Assembly: GCA_041690135.1 (NCBI GenBank)
Contig: JAWLHY010000001.1
Coordinates: 1,344,001-1,408,000 of the forward strand
Direction of reading: 5' to 3'
Origin: Armatimonadota bacterium
GTDB taxonomy: Bacteria; Armatimonadota; SYMT01
DNA length: 64,000 nt
Shown here: positions 38,937 through 49,022 of the stretch, piece by piece
Layout of the letters: every line of letters begins with the position of its first letter
How positions within the stretch are numbered: the first letter of the stretch is position 1
Made by a program: the position numbers and the translations under genes
The notes under the pieces: generated by a model
What the model saw: only the letters and a program-made list of their open reading frames with translations
What the model was told of the DNA's origin: nothing
Databases searched by the model: none

Positions 38937-40385
38937 TTATGGCTCCCGGCTGACCAGATCGAAGATTTGTCCGCGGACGGGCGAAGCCTGGAAATGGTGG
39001 TCCTGGGGTACGGCACGCGCGGGCATCCCACCCAGTGGACGCATGTGGAGCCCGGTGCGGATGTGGGAGCCCGGCCGTAGGGTGAGGCGATAGCGCGGCA
39101 GGAGCAGTGCCAGCACCAACTTGACCTCCTGCATGGCAAAGGCCCAACCGATGCACATGTGCGGTCCGGCGCCGAACGGCAGGTACTCGTAGGCAGTTCG
39201 CTCCAGTTCTGCCCAGCGCTCCGGTCGGAACCGGTTCGGCTCCGGGTATAGTTCCGGTATTCGATGGGTGATGAACTCGCTGTAGAAGATCGTCGCCCCG
39301 TCCGGTAACGCGTATCCCCCGAGTTCACAGGCAACCGCGGCGGTCCGCACGCCAATAGGTGCGGGGGGAAGGAGCCGTAGACTTTCTCGGACCACACCGT
39401 CGAGCAGGTTCAGGCTTTCGAGTTGCTCGACGCTTGGCGGTTGCCCCGCATCTAGTATCCCTTCTAGTTCGTCGAGAAGCCCGGCAGCGATCCGCGGGTG
39501 TTGGTCCAGCAGGAAAAGCGTCCAGGTCAAGGCATTCGAAGTGGTCTCGTGACCCGCTACAAACATGGTGAACGCATGGCCCACCAACTCGTCATCCGTG
39601 AGTTGGGCGTCCTCCTCGTCGCGGGCCCGCACCAGGGCGGCGAGCATGTCGCTCGCGGCCCCGTCCGGGGTAATGCCGGTCAGGGGCTCGCTGCGTTTGC
39701 GGGCGATCACCGACCGAATATAGGCTTCCAACTGACCGGACAGATGCTCGGCGCGGCGTGGAGGCATCCCCGGCGCCTTCCAGAAGGGCCCCCGCGTCGC
39801 CAGGAAGAATGGCGAGGAAGTCAGGTCGATCAGCTTCCGCAGGAGCCGTCCAACGCGGTCCAGTTCCGCCTCGTCATAGACGCCGAACAACGTCTTCACG
39901 GCGATCCGCTGTGTCAGTTGCCGCATCTCCGCATGCAGATCGAACTCTGGCTGCGAGCGCCAGCGGTCCAGCATTTGGCCGGTCAGGACCGCCATGTCGG
40001 CGCAGTACCGGCGGATCTGCGGCTTGTGGAAAGCGGGCTGCATCAGGCGGCGCTGTTGCCGATGCTGCGGGCCGTTCATCGTGGGGAGGTTGTTCTGGAA
40101 CAGGCGTCCCAGTACCGTCCCTTCCGGGAGGCGGAGCAGGTTCACCTTTCCAGACAGGAAGACCTGCGGTTCTGAGAGCAGCCGGTGATTCAGTTCCGGG
40201 CCGAAGGCAAAAACGAGTGACGGATCCCCCTCTGCCCCCGCCACCAGTGGGCCGTAAGTGGCGTACAGCCGGCGCAGCATCCCGAAGGGGTCTCCGTAGA
40301 GCTTTAGCAGTGATAGCCGGCCGCCCACGCCGGGAAGCCCGCGGGGGCCGGGAATGGCCGTGGACGGATGCGTAGCGGCGGTCAT
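38937..40385 (-). CDS. Cytochrome P450
   Basis: AGHETT, ESLR, FRPERW, heme motif FGAGPHMCIG; RBS AGGAG. Confidence 0.95.
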   Translation of the reverse strand: MTAATHPSTAIPGPRGLPGVGGRLSLLKLYGDPFGMLRRLYATYGPLVAGAEGDPSLVFAFGPELNHRLLSEPQVFLSGKVNLLRLPEGTVLGRLFQNNLPTMNGPQHRQQRRLMQPAFHKPQIRRYCADMAVLTGQMLDRWRSQPEFDLHAEMRQLTQRIAVKTLFGVYDEAELDRVGRLLRKLIDLTSSPFFLATRGPFWKAPGMPPRRAEHLSGQLEAYIRSVIARKRSEPLTGITPDGAASDMLAALVRARDEEDAQLTDDELVGHAFTMFVAGHETTSNALTWTLFLLDQHPRIAAGLLDELEGILDAGQPPSVEQLESLNLLDGVVRESLRLLPPAPIGVRTAAVACELGGYALPDGATIFYSEFITHRIPELYPEPNRFRPERWAELERTAYEYLPFGAGPHMCIGWAFAMQEVKLVLALLLPRYRLTLRPGSHIRTGLHMRPLGGMPARAVPQDHHFQASPVRGQIFDLVSREP

Positions 40386-40679
40386 CAGCAAATCTCCTCG
40401 TAGCAACGCGGTTTCCCGCGTTGCCCGCGCCTCACGACCCCGGATCTACCCGCGGAAGTATCGTCCTCACACAGTACGGGAGCGCAGGCACTTAATTGAA
40501 TGATGAAGCTCTATGAACGGAGTTCGCCGAAGTGTGGGAGAGATCGACAATCTGGGAAAGCGCAGATCATTCGCTGCGACTGACCCAACGACCCGAACTT
40601 CGTACCCGATCGGTGGTTGAGTTGGACCCGTAATAGGCGGCGGTTAGCAGTCAGGAGTCCGCGGCACGTCTGCGTTGAT

Positions 40680-40990
40680 CTATACGGAGCCTTCACCCTG
40701 GCAGCGGCAGTGGAACTCCGGGTGCGTCGTAAAGCTGTGCGAACCCCACCCTTCCGGACATAGGCCGGACAGGTAAAGTGCTCGAACACCGTCTCCAGGT
40801 GGTGACGCGACTGCGGGTGGGCGCAAAGACCCCAGTCCGCATTGAACGGTGCGAAAAAGGAGCAGCCCCCGCACTGTGCGCCTTCTTCGTAGGCCGCCCG
40901 CACCTCCGGCTCATCCGGCCAGCGCCTCTCGTAGAGCCGGCTGGCATCCCCATTCGACCAGGTGTCGGTGATGATCTGATTCTTGTTCAT
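40680..40990 (-). pseudogene. Small Cys-rich protein (CxxC..WGLC) with apparent 1-nt frameshift near 40755
   Basis: QCGGCSFF..WGLC..EHFTCPAYV continues sensibly only in another frame (EGWGSHSF..FHCRC). Confidence 0.55.
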
Positions 40991-42078
40991 GGCTCAATCC
41001 AGTCTTGACTCGGCGGGGCCTCATTCGGCTCGGAACCAGGTCGCTCGAAACCGATTGCCGCCAACAAGCGCTCGAACTGCTCTCGCGAAACGATTCCGCC
41101 GGTCGCTTGCGCGTGGCCCTGTCCAAGTTCGTCGGCGCCGGTCGCATTCCGGAACGCACGGAGCCGATCCAGGAGATTCTCTCCCGGACGCCGAGTGCGG
41201 ACCGAAAAGTGGACTCTTCCCGGGGTGTATCCTTCGTTCGCGGCCATCACGATTTGCCGCGGGAGCCGACCGGTCCAGGCCGAGGCCACCAGCCCGTGTA
41301 CCTGGCACGGGGAGGCGAACCGCAGCAGTGCCCAGTCGCCTGCGAAGCGGGGCGCGGTCTTTGAGCACCGGGCACGCTCCGCTTGCACTTCCTCGCGGTA
41401 CTCCGCCAGGCACGCGGTTTGCGGGACCCCTCCCTGTGCGATATCCGCCGGCTGATCCGCCGCTCGCAGCGCGGCTAGCGAGAGATCTGTATCGTGGTTG
41501 GCGGAACGTTTGGCTGCGTTAACGAGCGCCACCACTTCCGTCAGGTTCCTGGCTCCATAACGCTTCTTCGCTTCTGTTACCTCGGGGAAGGGTGCGTTGG
41601 CGCCGAGATCGCCCATCGCCCCCACCGACGCCAGCCAGCCCCGGTCTTCCAGGTCCGCCAGTGGTGCCAGCAACCGCCACACCATGATACTGGTGGTCGG
41701 TACCGGCTCTTCCTTCAGGCCGGAGAGATAGACCTCTACCGGCACGCCTTCCGGGGGAGCGTCATGGTGGTCAACCACCAATGTCGGGATGCCAGGAAGT
41801 ACCGGGCGCGGACGGCTCCCCTGGTCCACCACCACCAGGGCCGAGGGCTCAGAGTTGCGCAGGCGCTCCGGAAAGGGTCCGGTATAAAGATCCTCCCCCT
41901 TGCCGGGCGCCAGGGCGGTGGCCGGGCGCCCGGTGCGCTCGAAGTAGGAGAGCATCAGCGCCGCGGATGCCGTACCATCCGCGTCCCCGTGGAAGGCAAC
42001 CGCTACCCGTGAACCTGCGGGCAGAGCCGTCAGGAATTCGCGCGCCTCTTCGTAGTTTGCGTCGTACTCTCGCGGCAT
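40987..42078 (-). CDS. DHH family phosphoesterase (RecJ-like catalytic core)
   Basis: HGDADG, VVVDQG, VVDHHD, GAMGD, GQGHAQATGG. Confidence 0.85.
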   Translation of the reverse strand: MPREYDANYEEAREFLTALPAGSRVAVAFHGDADGTASAALMLSYFERTGRPATALAPGKGEDLYTGPFPERLRNSEPSALVVVDQGSRPRPVLPGIPTLVVDHHDAPPEGVPVEVYLSGLKEEPVPTTSIMVWRLLAPLADLEDRGWLASVGAMGDLGANAPFPEVTEAKKRYGARNLTEVVALVNAAKRSANHDTDLSLAALRAADQPADIAQGGVPQTACLAEYREEVQAERARCSKTAPRFAGDWALLRFASPCQVHGLVASAWTGRLPRQIVMAANEGYTPGRVHFSVRTRRPGENLLDRLRAFRNATGADELGQGHAQATGGIVSREQFERLLAAIGFERPGSEPNEAPPSQDWIEP

Positions 42079-42269
42079 GCCGGTTCTCCACAGCCCTGCT
42101 AAGCGCGTATCCCGGCGATCCTGCGGGAGCCTCGCCGGGATACACAGCTATTTCCCGCCATGCAGACCATACACACCCAGCGGGCAGACCGGGCAAAGGG
42201 TTAGACAGGGTACGCGCCGGGAATGACGGATCAGGAACGAAGGATCGCCAGAGAGGAGTCGCTGATCCG

Positions 42270-43010
42270 GTGGAGCTAGCAACGCCACCCGAAACCCCCA
42301 CGAACCGCGAGGTATGCGCGGCCGCGCTGAAGGTTGCGCTGGGTACCGCGGCCTTTGCACTGCTCCACAGTGCCCTGGCCAGCCGGTCCGCAAAACAGGC
42401 GACGGAGCGCGTTCTGGGAGAGCGGAAGCGTAACGCTCTCTACCGCCCCATCTACAACGCACAGGCGTTCGTCACTCTCGGCGTCCTCTGGATCTATGTG
42501 CGCCCGCTTCCGGACCGCTGCTTCTATCACGTCCGGGGGCCGCTGCGCTGGCTACTGCACGTGGGCCAGGCTGCCGGTGTGGCAACGGCCCTGGCGGCGG
42601 CGCGGCAGGTGGGCTTGCTCGAGATTTCGGGTCTGCGGAGCCTCGTGGCCTGGTTGCGAGGCCAGGACGGAGTGCCGTCGGAACCCGAGGCTCAAGGCCC
42701 TGCCCCGGGAGCGGACGGCCAATTACGGATCGCCGGGCCGTTCCGGTGGAGCCGCCATCCTCTTAACCTCTCACCGCTTCCCATGCTGTGGCTCATGCCC
42801 CGGATGACGGTCAAGCTGGCGGCGTTCAACACGGTGGCCACGCTCTACTTTGTCCTCGGCTCGCGCCACGAGGAGGCCCGGCTGGAAGAGGCTTACGGCG
42901 CGGCGTACCGGGCGTACCAGCACAGCGGATGTCCCTTCTTCCTGCCTATCCCCCGGAGTGAGAACGCCACCGCTTCGCTTCCCGAGACCGAAGATGCGCC
43001 GCCATCCTGA
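42270..43010 (+). CDS. ICMT/NnrU/MddA-like membrane methyltransferase
   Basis: FALLHSALAS, YRPIYN, GPFRWSRHPL, HEEARL..YG..YRAYQ. Confidence 0.75.
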   Translation: MELATPPETPTNREVCAAALKVALGTAAFALLHSALASRSAKQATERVLGERKRNALYRPIYNAQAFVTLGVLWIYVRPLPDRCFYHVRGPLRWLLHVGQAAGVATALAAARQVGLLEISGLRSLVAWLRGQDGVPSEPEAQGPAPGADGQLRIAGPFRWSRHPLNLSPLPMLWLMPRMTVKLAAFNTVATLYFVLGSRHEEARLEEAYGAAYRAYQHSGCPFFLPIPRSENATASLPETEDAPPS

Positions 43011-43039
43011 CCGGGCGACGGCTTCACTTTGCTCTCAAT

Positions 43040-43231
43040 ATATCTCGCGGACTACGACGAACACCTGCCCAACCGAAGCGCCCTTCCCGCCTGGCCAGGC
43101 TACATCGGGATGGGGATTGCGGTTTCGGTCTGGCCATCTGCCGGAGCATCGTAGAGGCGCATCGCGGGCAACTCCGGATCGAAAGTGAACTGGGACGCGG
43201 AACCACCGTGATGGTGGATTTGCCGGTTTAG
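43040..43231 (+). pseudogene. Remnant of a histidine kinase HATPase_c C-terminus
   Basis: In-frame [36 protein letters not shown]-stop (43121-43231) with no upstream gene body. Confidence 0.75.
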
Positions 43232-43308
43232 GGAGTTGCCGCTTCCCTCCCGTTGTGCGAAACTTCGGGAGTAATCGTTCCGTTGATCCGTTCCAGGAAC
43301 CCGCCTTG

Positions 43309-44427
43309 ATGAAAGCCGTCGCCGTCCGACCCGGCACGCCGCATAGCGTGCACCTGCGTGAGCTGCCCGTTCCCGAGATCACCGACCAGCCCCACCCGCA
43401 CGTAACCCTCATCCCGGAAGGCCGCGCCGTACGAGTCAAGGTCCTGCAGGTCGGGGTCGACGCCACGGACCGCGAGATCAACGAGGCCCTCTACGGCAAC
43501 GCGCCTCCGGGTGGGGAGCACCTGGTGATCGGCCATGAGAGCTTCGGGCAGGTGGTGGAGGTTGGTGACCGCGTGACGGAGCTGCAGCCGGGCGACTACG
43601 TTTCCTGCACCGTGCGGCGTCCGGGAGGGTCGCTGCACGACCGGATCGGCCGCAACGACATCACCAGCGAGGAAGTCTACTACGAGCGCGGCATCAATCT
43701 CTGCCACGGCTTCCTCACCGAGTATTTCGTGGACGACGCTGAGTACGTAGTGAAGGTGCCGATAGGCCTGCGACACCTGGGCGTGCTGGCGGAGCCCGCC
43801 AGTGTCTGCGCCAAGGCGATCGAACAGGCGTTCCTCGCGCAGCAGCGTCTCCAGGTCTGGAACCCCCAGCGGGCATTCGTGCTGGGCGCGGGCCAGATCG
43901 GCTTGCTGGCCACGATGATGCTTCGCCTCCGGGGCCTGGAAGTCTACACCCTCGCCACCAGCCCGGCGCCCAACCTCAAGGCGGAAATCGCGCGGGCCTA
44001 CGGGGCCACCTACGTGAGCACGCGCGAAACCCCGCTCGCGGACCTGGCGCGCCAGGTAGGACGGCCGGACCTCATCTTCGAGGCGACGGGCAATGCCGAG
44101 TCGTGTTTCCGCGCGATGGAAGTCCTGGCGATCAATGGCGCCCTCATCTGGACCAGCGTTACGGGCGGGAGTCGCGAGGTATCCATCGACGCCGCGAAGA
44201 TCAACCTGGAGTGGGTGCTCGGCAACAAGCTGCTCGTCTCCAGCGTCAACGGCAACCGCCGGCACTTCGAGCTGGGCATCCAGGCGCTCTCCCACGGGGA
44301 GCTCACCTATCCCGGTGTTACGGGGCGGATCCTCACCCATCCTATTGCCGGATTGGAGAACTTTGGGGAGATGATGCGCCTGCTGGAAGACCGGTCCGCA
44401 CTGAAGGTCTTCTGCAACGTGGGATGA
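43309..44427 (+). CDS. Zn-dependent glucose 1-dehydrogenase (MDR family)
   Basis: [38 protein letters not shown]. Confidence 0.88.
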   Translation: MKAVAVRPGTPHSVHLRELPVPEITDQPHPHVTLIPEGRAVRVKVLQVGVDATDREINEALYGNAPPGGEHLVIGHESFGQVVEVGDRVTELQPGDYVSCTVRRPGGSLHDRIGRNDITSEEVYYERGINLCHGFLTEYFVDDAEYVVKVPIGLRHLGVLAEPASVCAKAIEQAFLAQQRLQVWNPQRAFVLGAGQIGLLATMMLRLRGLEVYTLATSPAPNLKAEIARAYGATYVSTRETPLADLARQVGRPDLIFEATGNAESCFRAMEVLAINGALIWTSVTGGSREVSIDAAKINLEWVLGNKLLVSSVNGNRRHFELGIQALSHGELTYPGVTGRILTHPIAGLENFGEMMRLLEDRSALKVFCNVG

Positions 44428-45062
44428 GCTACCGGCTCGTCATCTTCGATTTCGACGGAACGCTGGCGGACTCGTTCCCGCTGTTCAACCGCGTGTTCAA
44501 CGAGGTAGCCGAGCGGTTCCACTTCCGTCAACTGACTCCCGAGGAGTTGGAAGCGCTCCGCACGCTGAGTTCACGCGAGGTCATCGCCCACCTGGGGGTG
44601 CCGATCTGGAAGCTGCCCCTCATCGCGCGCTACATGCGGCAGGTGATGGCCCGGGAGATCGAGACGATCTCGCTGTTCCCGGGCGTCCCGGATCTGTTAA
44701 GGGGCCTGGCGGATGCGGAAGTCACGTTGGCCGTCGTGACTTCCAACTCTCAGGAGAATGTCCGCCGGGTGCTTGGCCCCGAGAACACCCGGCTCATCCG
44801 GTATTTCGGATGCGGTGTGTCGCTGCTGGGGAAGCGGGCGGCCCTGCGCCGGGTGGTGCGACAGAGCGGCATCCTCCCGCACGAGGTGCTCTCCATCGGT
44901 GACGAACTCCGGGATCTGGAGGCGTCCCGTGCGGAGCGTCTGCCCTTCGGGGCGGTCGGGTGGGGCTATACGTCCCTGGATGCCCTGGAGAGCCGTTCGC
45001 CGGAGGAAGTCTTCCGGACTCTCGATGAGATTCGCGAACGGGTCCTGTCTCCCGGAAACTGA
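44424..45062 (+). CDS. HAD-family hydrolase (phosphoglycolate-phosphatase-like)
   Basis: [29 protein letters not shown]; ATGA overlap. Confidence 0.9.
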   Translation: MSYRLVIFDFDGTLADSFPLFNRVFNEVAERFHFRQLTPEELEALRTLSSREVIAHLGVPIWKLPLIARYMRQVMAREIETISLFPGVPDLLRGLADAEVTLAVVTSNSQENVRRVLGPENTRLIRYFGCGVSLLGKRAALRRVVRQSGILPHEVLSIGDELRDLEASRAERLPFGAVGWGYTSLDALESRSPEEVFRTLDEIRERVLSPGN

Positions 45063-45087
45063 AGCTTGTCGGAAGTTCAAGGCTCCT

Positions 45088-46215
45088 TCAGAAGAGGGTG
45101 ATGAGGGCCAACTGTTCCGCCTCCCCGGAGCCGATAAACCGACGGAGCAGTTCCCGGTCCCGCGTCGCGAAGTGCTGGTAGGTCACATCCATGTGGCACT
45201 CCCCCGCGGTGTAGAACCAGGGCGCCTCCTGGAGAATCGCATCGGTGACCGGGAAGCGGGACGGATACGCTTCCTCCAGGTAGCGGCGCAGCAACAGCCG
45301 CGCGGTTGCTTCCGAAAGCTCTCCCGGGAGCGTCTGGCTCGGAACGCCGTTCACAGGCTGGAAGCGGCGCGCTAGCCTTGTGAAAACTTCGGGACGGTTG
45401 ACGCGGTAGAGCCAGCGCGATCCTTCACTCCATGGCGGTTGCGACAGGAGTTCGCCCAATACCTCCAATTCCCCGCTGTCCGCCAGGCTTTGCGGAGTGG
45501 TTTCCCAGAAGTCCTCCGGCGACGGCTCCTCGTCCATGGCAATCTCACGGGTCCAGCCGGTTTCGAACTCCCAGTCCAACGAGCCGGTGGAAAGATAGAG
45601 CGAGCCTCCCGCCGGCACGGCGACCTCCCAGAGACGGCTACCCGGCTCAAGCTCATCTTCGACTACCGCTATCTGCGCGCAATCCGCGAGGGACCGCTGC
45701 ACGTCATGGCGGGCGATCAACTGGTTCCGCTTTGCGCTAACCAGGCGTCGCGCGGGCAGGTCCCAGAGTGGCATCTCAACCGCATTGGAAGTATCCTGGA
45801 TGACTTGCTGCATGAGCTCGGCATCCGCGGTTACGAATGCCAAGCTCTCGTCCGTCATGAACCCGCCCCACGGTATCACTGCCCACGAATGTCGTCGGGC
45901 CAGGTCCGAGAGGAAAGCGTCGAGGGAGGGGAGTTGATTGCGACCCGCCCAGTGGTACTCCCCTATTTCCGGCAGTGGCTCCTGCTGTGAACGCGGGACC
46001 ACGAGCCAGAGCCGGTCGGGATAGGGGTTTACCTGAACCGGCAAGTCTTCCGGCCCGTGGACCCCCTGACGCCGGATCTGCCGGACCACCTGGCGCCGGG
46101 ACTGGTGGCGCACCCGAACCCACTCCATGCGATCCCACTCACCCCCAACAAGGGAAGAGAGTTTCCGGCGCAGGAGCTCAGGATGGAACTCGTAGAAGGC
46201 GATTTGGTAGGCCAC
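45088..46215 (-). CDS. Hypothetical protein
   Basis: 375-aa aromatic-rich ORF, no motif recognised. Confidence 0.65.
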   Translation of the reverse strand: MAYQIAFYEFHPELLRRKLSSLVGGEWDRMEWVRVRHQSRRQVVRQIRRQGVHGPEDLPVQVNPYPDRLWLVVPRSQQEPLPEIGEYHWAGRNQLPSLDAFLSDLARRHSWAVIPWGGFMTDESLAFVTADAELMQQVIQDTSNAVEMPLWDLPARRLVSAKRNQLIARHDVQRSLADCAQIAVVEDELEPGSRLWEVAVPAGGSLYLSTGSLDWEFETGWTREIAMDEEPSPEDFWETTPQSLADSGELEVLGELLSQPPWSEGSRWLYRVNRPEVFTRLARRFQPVNGVPSQTLPGELSEATARLLLRRYLEEAYPSRFPVTDAILQEAPWFYTAGECHMDVTYQHFATRDRELLRRFIGSGEAEQLALITLF

Positions 46216-46241
46216 GGTTCGGGATTCCCTTCAGCTTGATC

Positions 46242-46964
46242 TCATCCCGTGCCCCAGCGACGCTCAGGCACGAACGAACCCCGGTCTTCCAGGTGCATGG
46301 CACGGCGCACCAGTTCTCCCCGGTTCGCCAGTACTTCTTCATAAGGGGATGGGTCGCTCAGATCGGCGATCATGAAGCAGCGCGGCCGGGACAATTCCGC
46401 GAGCCACTCCGCGTTGTGCTCAGCCGCCGCCTCGTTCCACATGCTGCGGCGGACCAGGAGTTGCGTTCTCCGGCGATGCTGGCTGTAGTGGCAGATAGCT
46501 CCCACGGTCGCAAGCGCAATTACCCGGGGGTTCCGCCAGGAGAACGGGAGAAACAGCACCCGCTCCGCGCCATGCTGTCCTCCGAAGGTATTGAGCAGGA
46601 AGTCCAGGTCGAAGAAGAGCTTCCAGACGTGCGGCATGTGCGGCGGGGTGATCGCCATTGCATCGAGAGGCCCGTTCCGGGGGTGGTATCGCATTGAAAC
46701 CGCCAGCGGCCACGGGAGCCGGTCAGAGCGAACTGCGGTCAGGGGGCGCCCACAAGGGGTTGTAGCCCGCGGAAACGCCCCAGGTGCATAGGCTTCGAAG
46801 GCCTTGCCGGCAGTCTGCTCGATCCGTTCCCGCAGCGCGGCGGTCTTCCCGAACAGAAGCATGTCCGCGGGAATATCGAATGCGTCCGCCCGGTGGATCT
46901 CCAGGCGTATGCCGCTGGGATGCTTGTAGGCAGAGGTGAGCGTCGTGGTCTCCTGATAGCTCAT
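46242..46964 (-). CDS. Hypothetical protein
   Basis: ATG with RBS GAGGA; N-terminal LEIHRADAFDIPADML weakly macrodomain-like. Confidence 0.6.
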   Translation of the reverse strand: MSYQETTTLTSAYKHPSGIRLEIHRADAFDIPADMLLFGKTAALRERIEQTAGKAFEAYAPGAFPRATTPCGRPLTAVRSDRLPWPLAVSMRYHPRNGPLDAMAITPPHMPHVWKLFFDLDFLLNTFGGQHGAERVLFLPFSWRNPRVIALATVGAICHYSQHRRRTQLLVRRSMWNEAAAEHNAEWLAELSRPRCFMIADLSDPSPYEEVLANRGELVRRAMHLEDRGSFVPERRWGTG

Positions 46965-47144
46965 TTGTCCTCGGGACTCATGTTCCATCGGTGTGGGCAA
47001 CGGTCCACGGGTAACAGACCTCACCCCTAGAGAAGGAATAGCCCAGGTAAGCAATGGGGTGTATGGATGTTTCCCAAGTTACCGGGGGGCTGCCTTTGAG
47101 TTATAAATTGTAAGCAGTCTTCTCCACTGTCCAGGAGTTGTCCG

Positions 47145-47651
47145 ATGCCGGTGCCGCCAGAGCTATACCCATTTGTCGCTCTCCGCCATGTCCAATCGCC
47201 AGAACTGATACCCCTATTTCAGGACCTCTGCTCTCGCGCCGAGGCGTTGGCTGCATTGGAAACGGACCTCTCGGAGACCATTCTCCGGAACCGTGAGGCT
47301 CGCGATGGTAAGCCCCTTCAGTACACGCGGCGCCAACGGGAGTTCCTCGAAGAGGCGGATGCGGATGCAGTGAAAGCTCGGTCCGATATGGAACGATATG
47401 CGCTGCAGATGGACGATGCCGGCTTCCTTGTTAATGCCATCATGAATGAACGGCAGATGATCCAGATGAAAGAGTACTTAAGCCGCGGTTGGAGCGATGG
47501 GGACGTCCGGGAGAAGGGCACGGCAACCGTCGAGTTCCGCAAGGAGACGCTCCGCATTCTCCTGGAATTCCTGGAAGCGTCACCCCTTCGAGACCAGGTC
47601 GTCCCATTGCTGTCCGTACTCGATCCGAAGCTGGAAGTCTCACTCCGATGA
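47145..47651 (+). CDS. Hypothetical helical protein
   Basis: RBS AGGAG; AT-rich promoter-like region upstream. Confidence 0.65.
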   Translation: MPVPPELYPFVALRHVQSPELIPLFQDLCSRAEALAALETDLSETILRNREARDGKPLQYTRRQREFLEEADADAVKARSDMERYALQMDDAGFLVNAIMNERQMIQMKEYLSRGWSDGDVREKGTATVEFRKETLRILLEFLEASPLRDQVVPLLSVLDPKLEVSLR

Positions 47652-47701
47652 ACCCGGCCGCCACCACCGGTGGCGAACAAGCGAAAGCGACACAGCCGAT
47701 T

Positions 47702-48511
47702 TCAGCTTTCCATCGCCCGTAAGTAGCGTTCGGCAGAGCGGAGGACAACGTTCCGGCCGTCTTCCGCCACGGTGAGGCCGGGAAAGGCGCCGTAGACGCG
47801 GTCGAAGGGGAGCGGCTCCAGCGCCTTCACGATCTTCCGGATCTTGGCCGGAGAGAGCGGGATCATATTCGGGTAACTCCACATGAAGCTCACCCAGCGC
47901 CGGTCCATGCAAACCTGCGGCTGATCTCCGGACATTAACACGCCCTTGTCTCCCGCCCCGTCCGGCCAATGGAGCACCTGGTAACCCTCGAAATGGCCTC
48001 CGGTGCGAACCAACCGCAGTCCTTTCCAGAGCTCGCGCTCCTCCCCTTTCCAGAACTGCACGGCGTTGTCCGTCCTCATCACCCAGGGCTGTTCGGACTC
48101 GTGGAGATAGATCGGGACATCGCCAAAGGCCCGGCTCCATTCCACCATCGCCGAGTAGTAGTGCGGGTGGGAGATGGCGATCGCCCGGATACCGCCCAGT
48201 CGCCGCACCGCTTCGCGCGTGGGATCATCCAGCAGGGTGATGCAGTCCCAGAGCAGGTTGCCCTGATCCGTCTGGATAAGAAACGCTCGTTGCCCGATCC
48301 CGAACTTGGGCTCCGTGCGGAAGGAATGGAGGTTCGGTTCTTCTTCCCGGATCTCGTTGCGATGATCCGCCGTCAACGCCGCCAGAGTGGTCCACTGTTG
48401 GCCTTCCCAGCCAACGTATTGGCGCTCGTCTTCGCAGATGGGACACTGGCGCGGCGGGGCCGCGGAAGCGGGAAACTGCGTGCCGCAAGTAACGCAGATG
48501 AAGTGCTCCAT
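47702..48511 (-). CDS. Metallo-beta-lactamase-fold hydrolase with N-terminal CxxC/CxxC
   Basis: CVTCG..CPICEDERQYV, FGIGQRA, ISHPHYY, GGHFEG, SFMWSYPN. Confidence 0.88.
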   Translation of the reverse strand: MEHFICVTCGTQFPASAAPPRQCPICEDERQYVGWEGQQWTTLAALTADHRNEIREEEPNLHSFRTEPKFGIGQRAFLIQTDQGNLLWDCITLLDDPTREAVRRLGGIRAIAISHPHYYSAMVEWSRAFGDVPIYLHESEQPWVMRTDNAVQFWKGEERELWKGLRLVRTGGHFEGYQVLHWPDGAGDKGVLMSGDQPQVCMDRRWVSFMWSYPNMIPLSPAKIRKIVKALEPLPFDRVYGAFPGLTVAEDGRNVVLRSAERYLRAMES

Positions 48512-48607
48512 GCAGGTGCCTTTCATGGCTTTCATGTGCGGAGAGCGCCCAGCATGGGAAACTGCTGCGCGCTCTGCCGGCCCTTCTGAGATTGGAAGTC
48601 TCGGAGG

Positions 48608-48901
48608 CTAGAAGCCCATCTTGTCGGCGAACCGGTCTTCCTCGGTCAAATCATCGTCGGTGATGGGGCGCCACTTCCCGTTGCCGAGATAGCAGATCAC
48701 GGTGCCGCAGCCACTGCACTTCGCGCGGCTCTCGTAGCCGGTGCCGACCGGTGGGGCCTTGGGTTCGCCCGTGACTTTACAGCGAGGGCGGAGCGGCTTG
48801 CCGCAGACCGGGCAGCGCCCGAAAATAGGGGGCGCCTCGCTCGTCGTCTCTTCGGGGGCATCCCGCGTAATGATCTCCGGCTCAATCGTAATCGTGCTCA
48901 T
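48608..48901 (-). CDS. Small zinc-ribbon protein
   Basis: CPVCG and CSGCG pairs; RBS GGAG. Confidence 0.65.
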   Translation of the reverse strand: MSTITIEPEIITRDAPEETTSEAPPIFGRCPVCGKPLRPRCKVTGEPKAPPVGTGYESRAKCSGCGTVICYLGNGKWRPITDDDLTEEDRFADKMGF

Positions 48902-49022
48902 TCTGCTCTCCGTGAGGATTGGACGTCGTCGAGGTCTTCAATACGATAGCGTTTCCCGGCGGATTTCGAAAGGGGGAATGCAGGAGAGGCCCCCGGGCAG
49001 GACCTCTCCCAAGGGGAATCTT

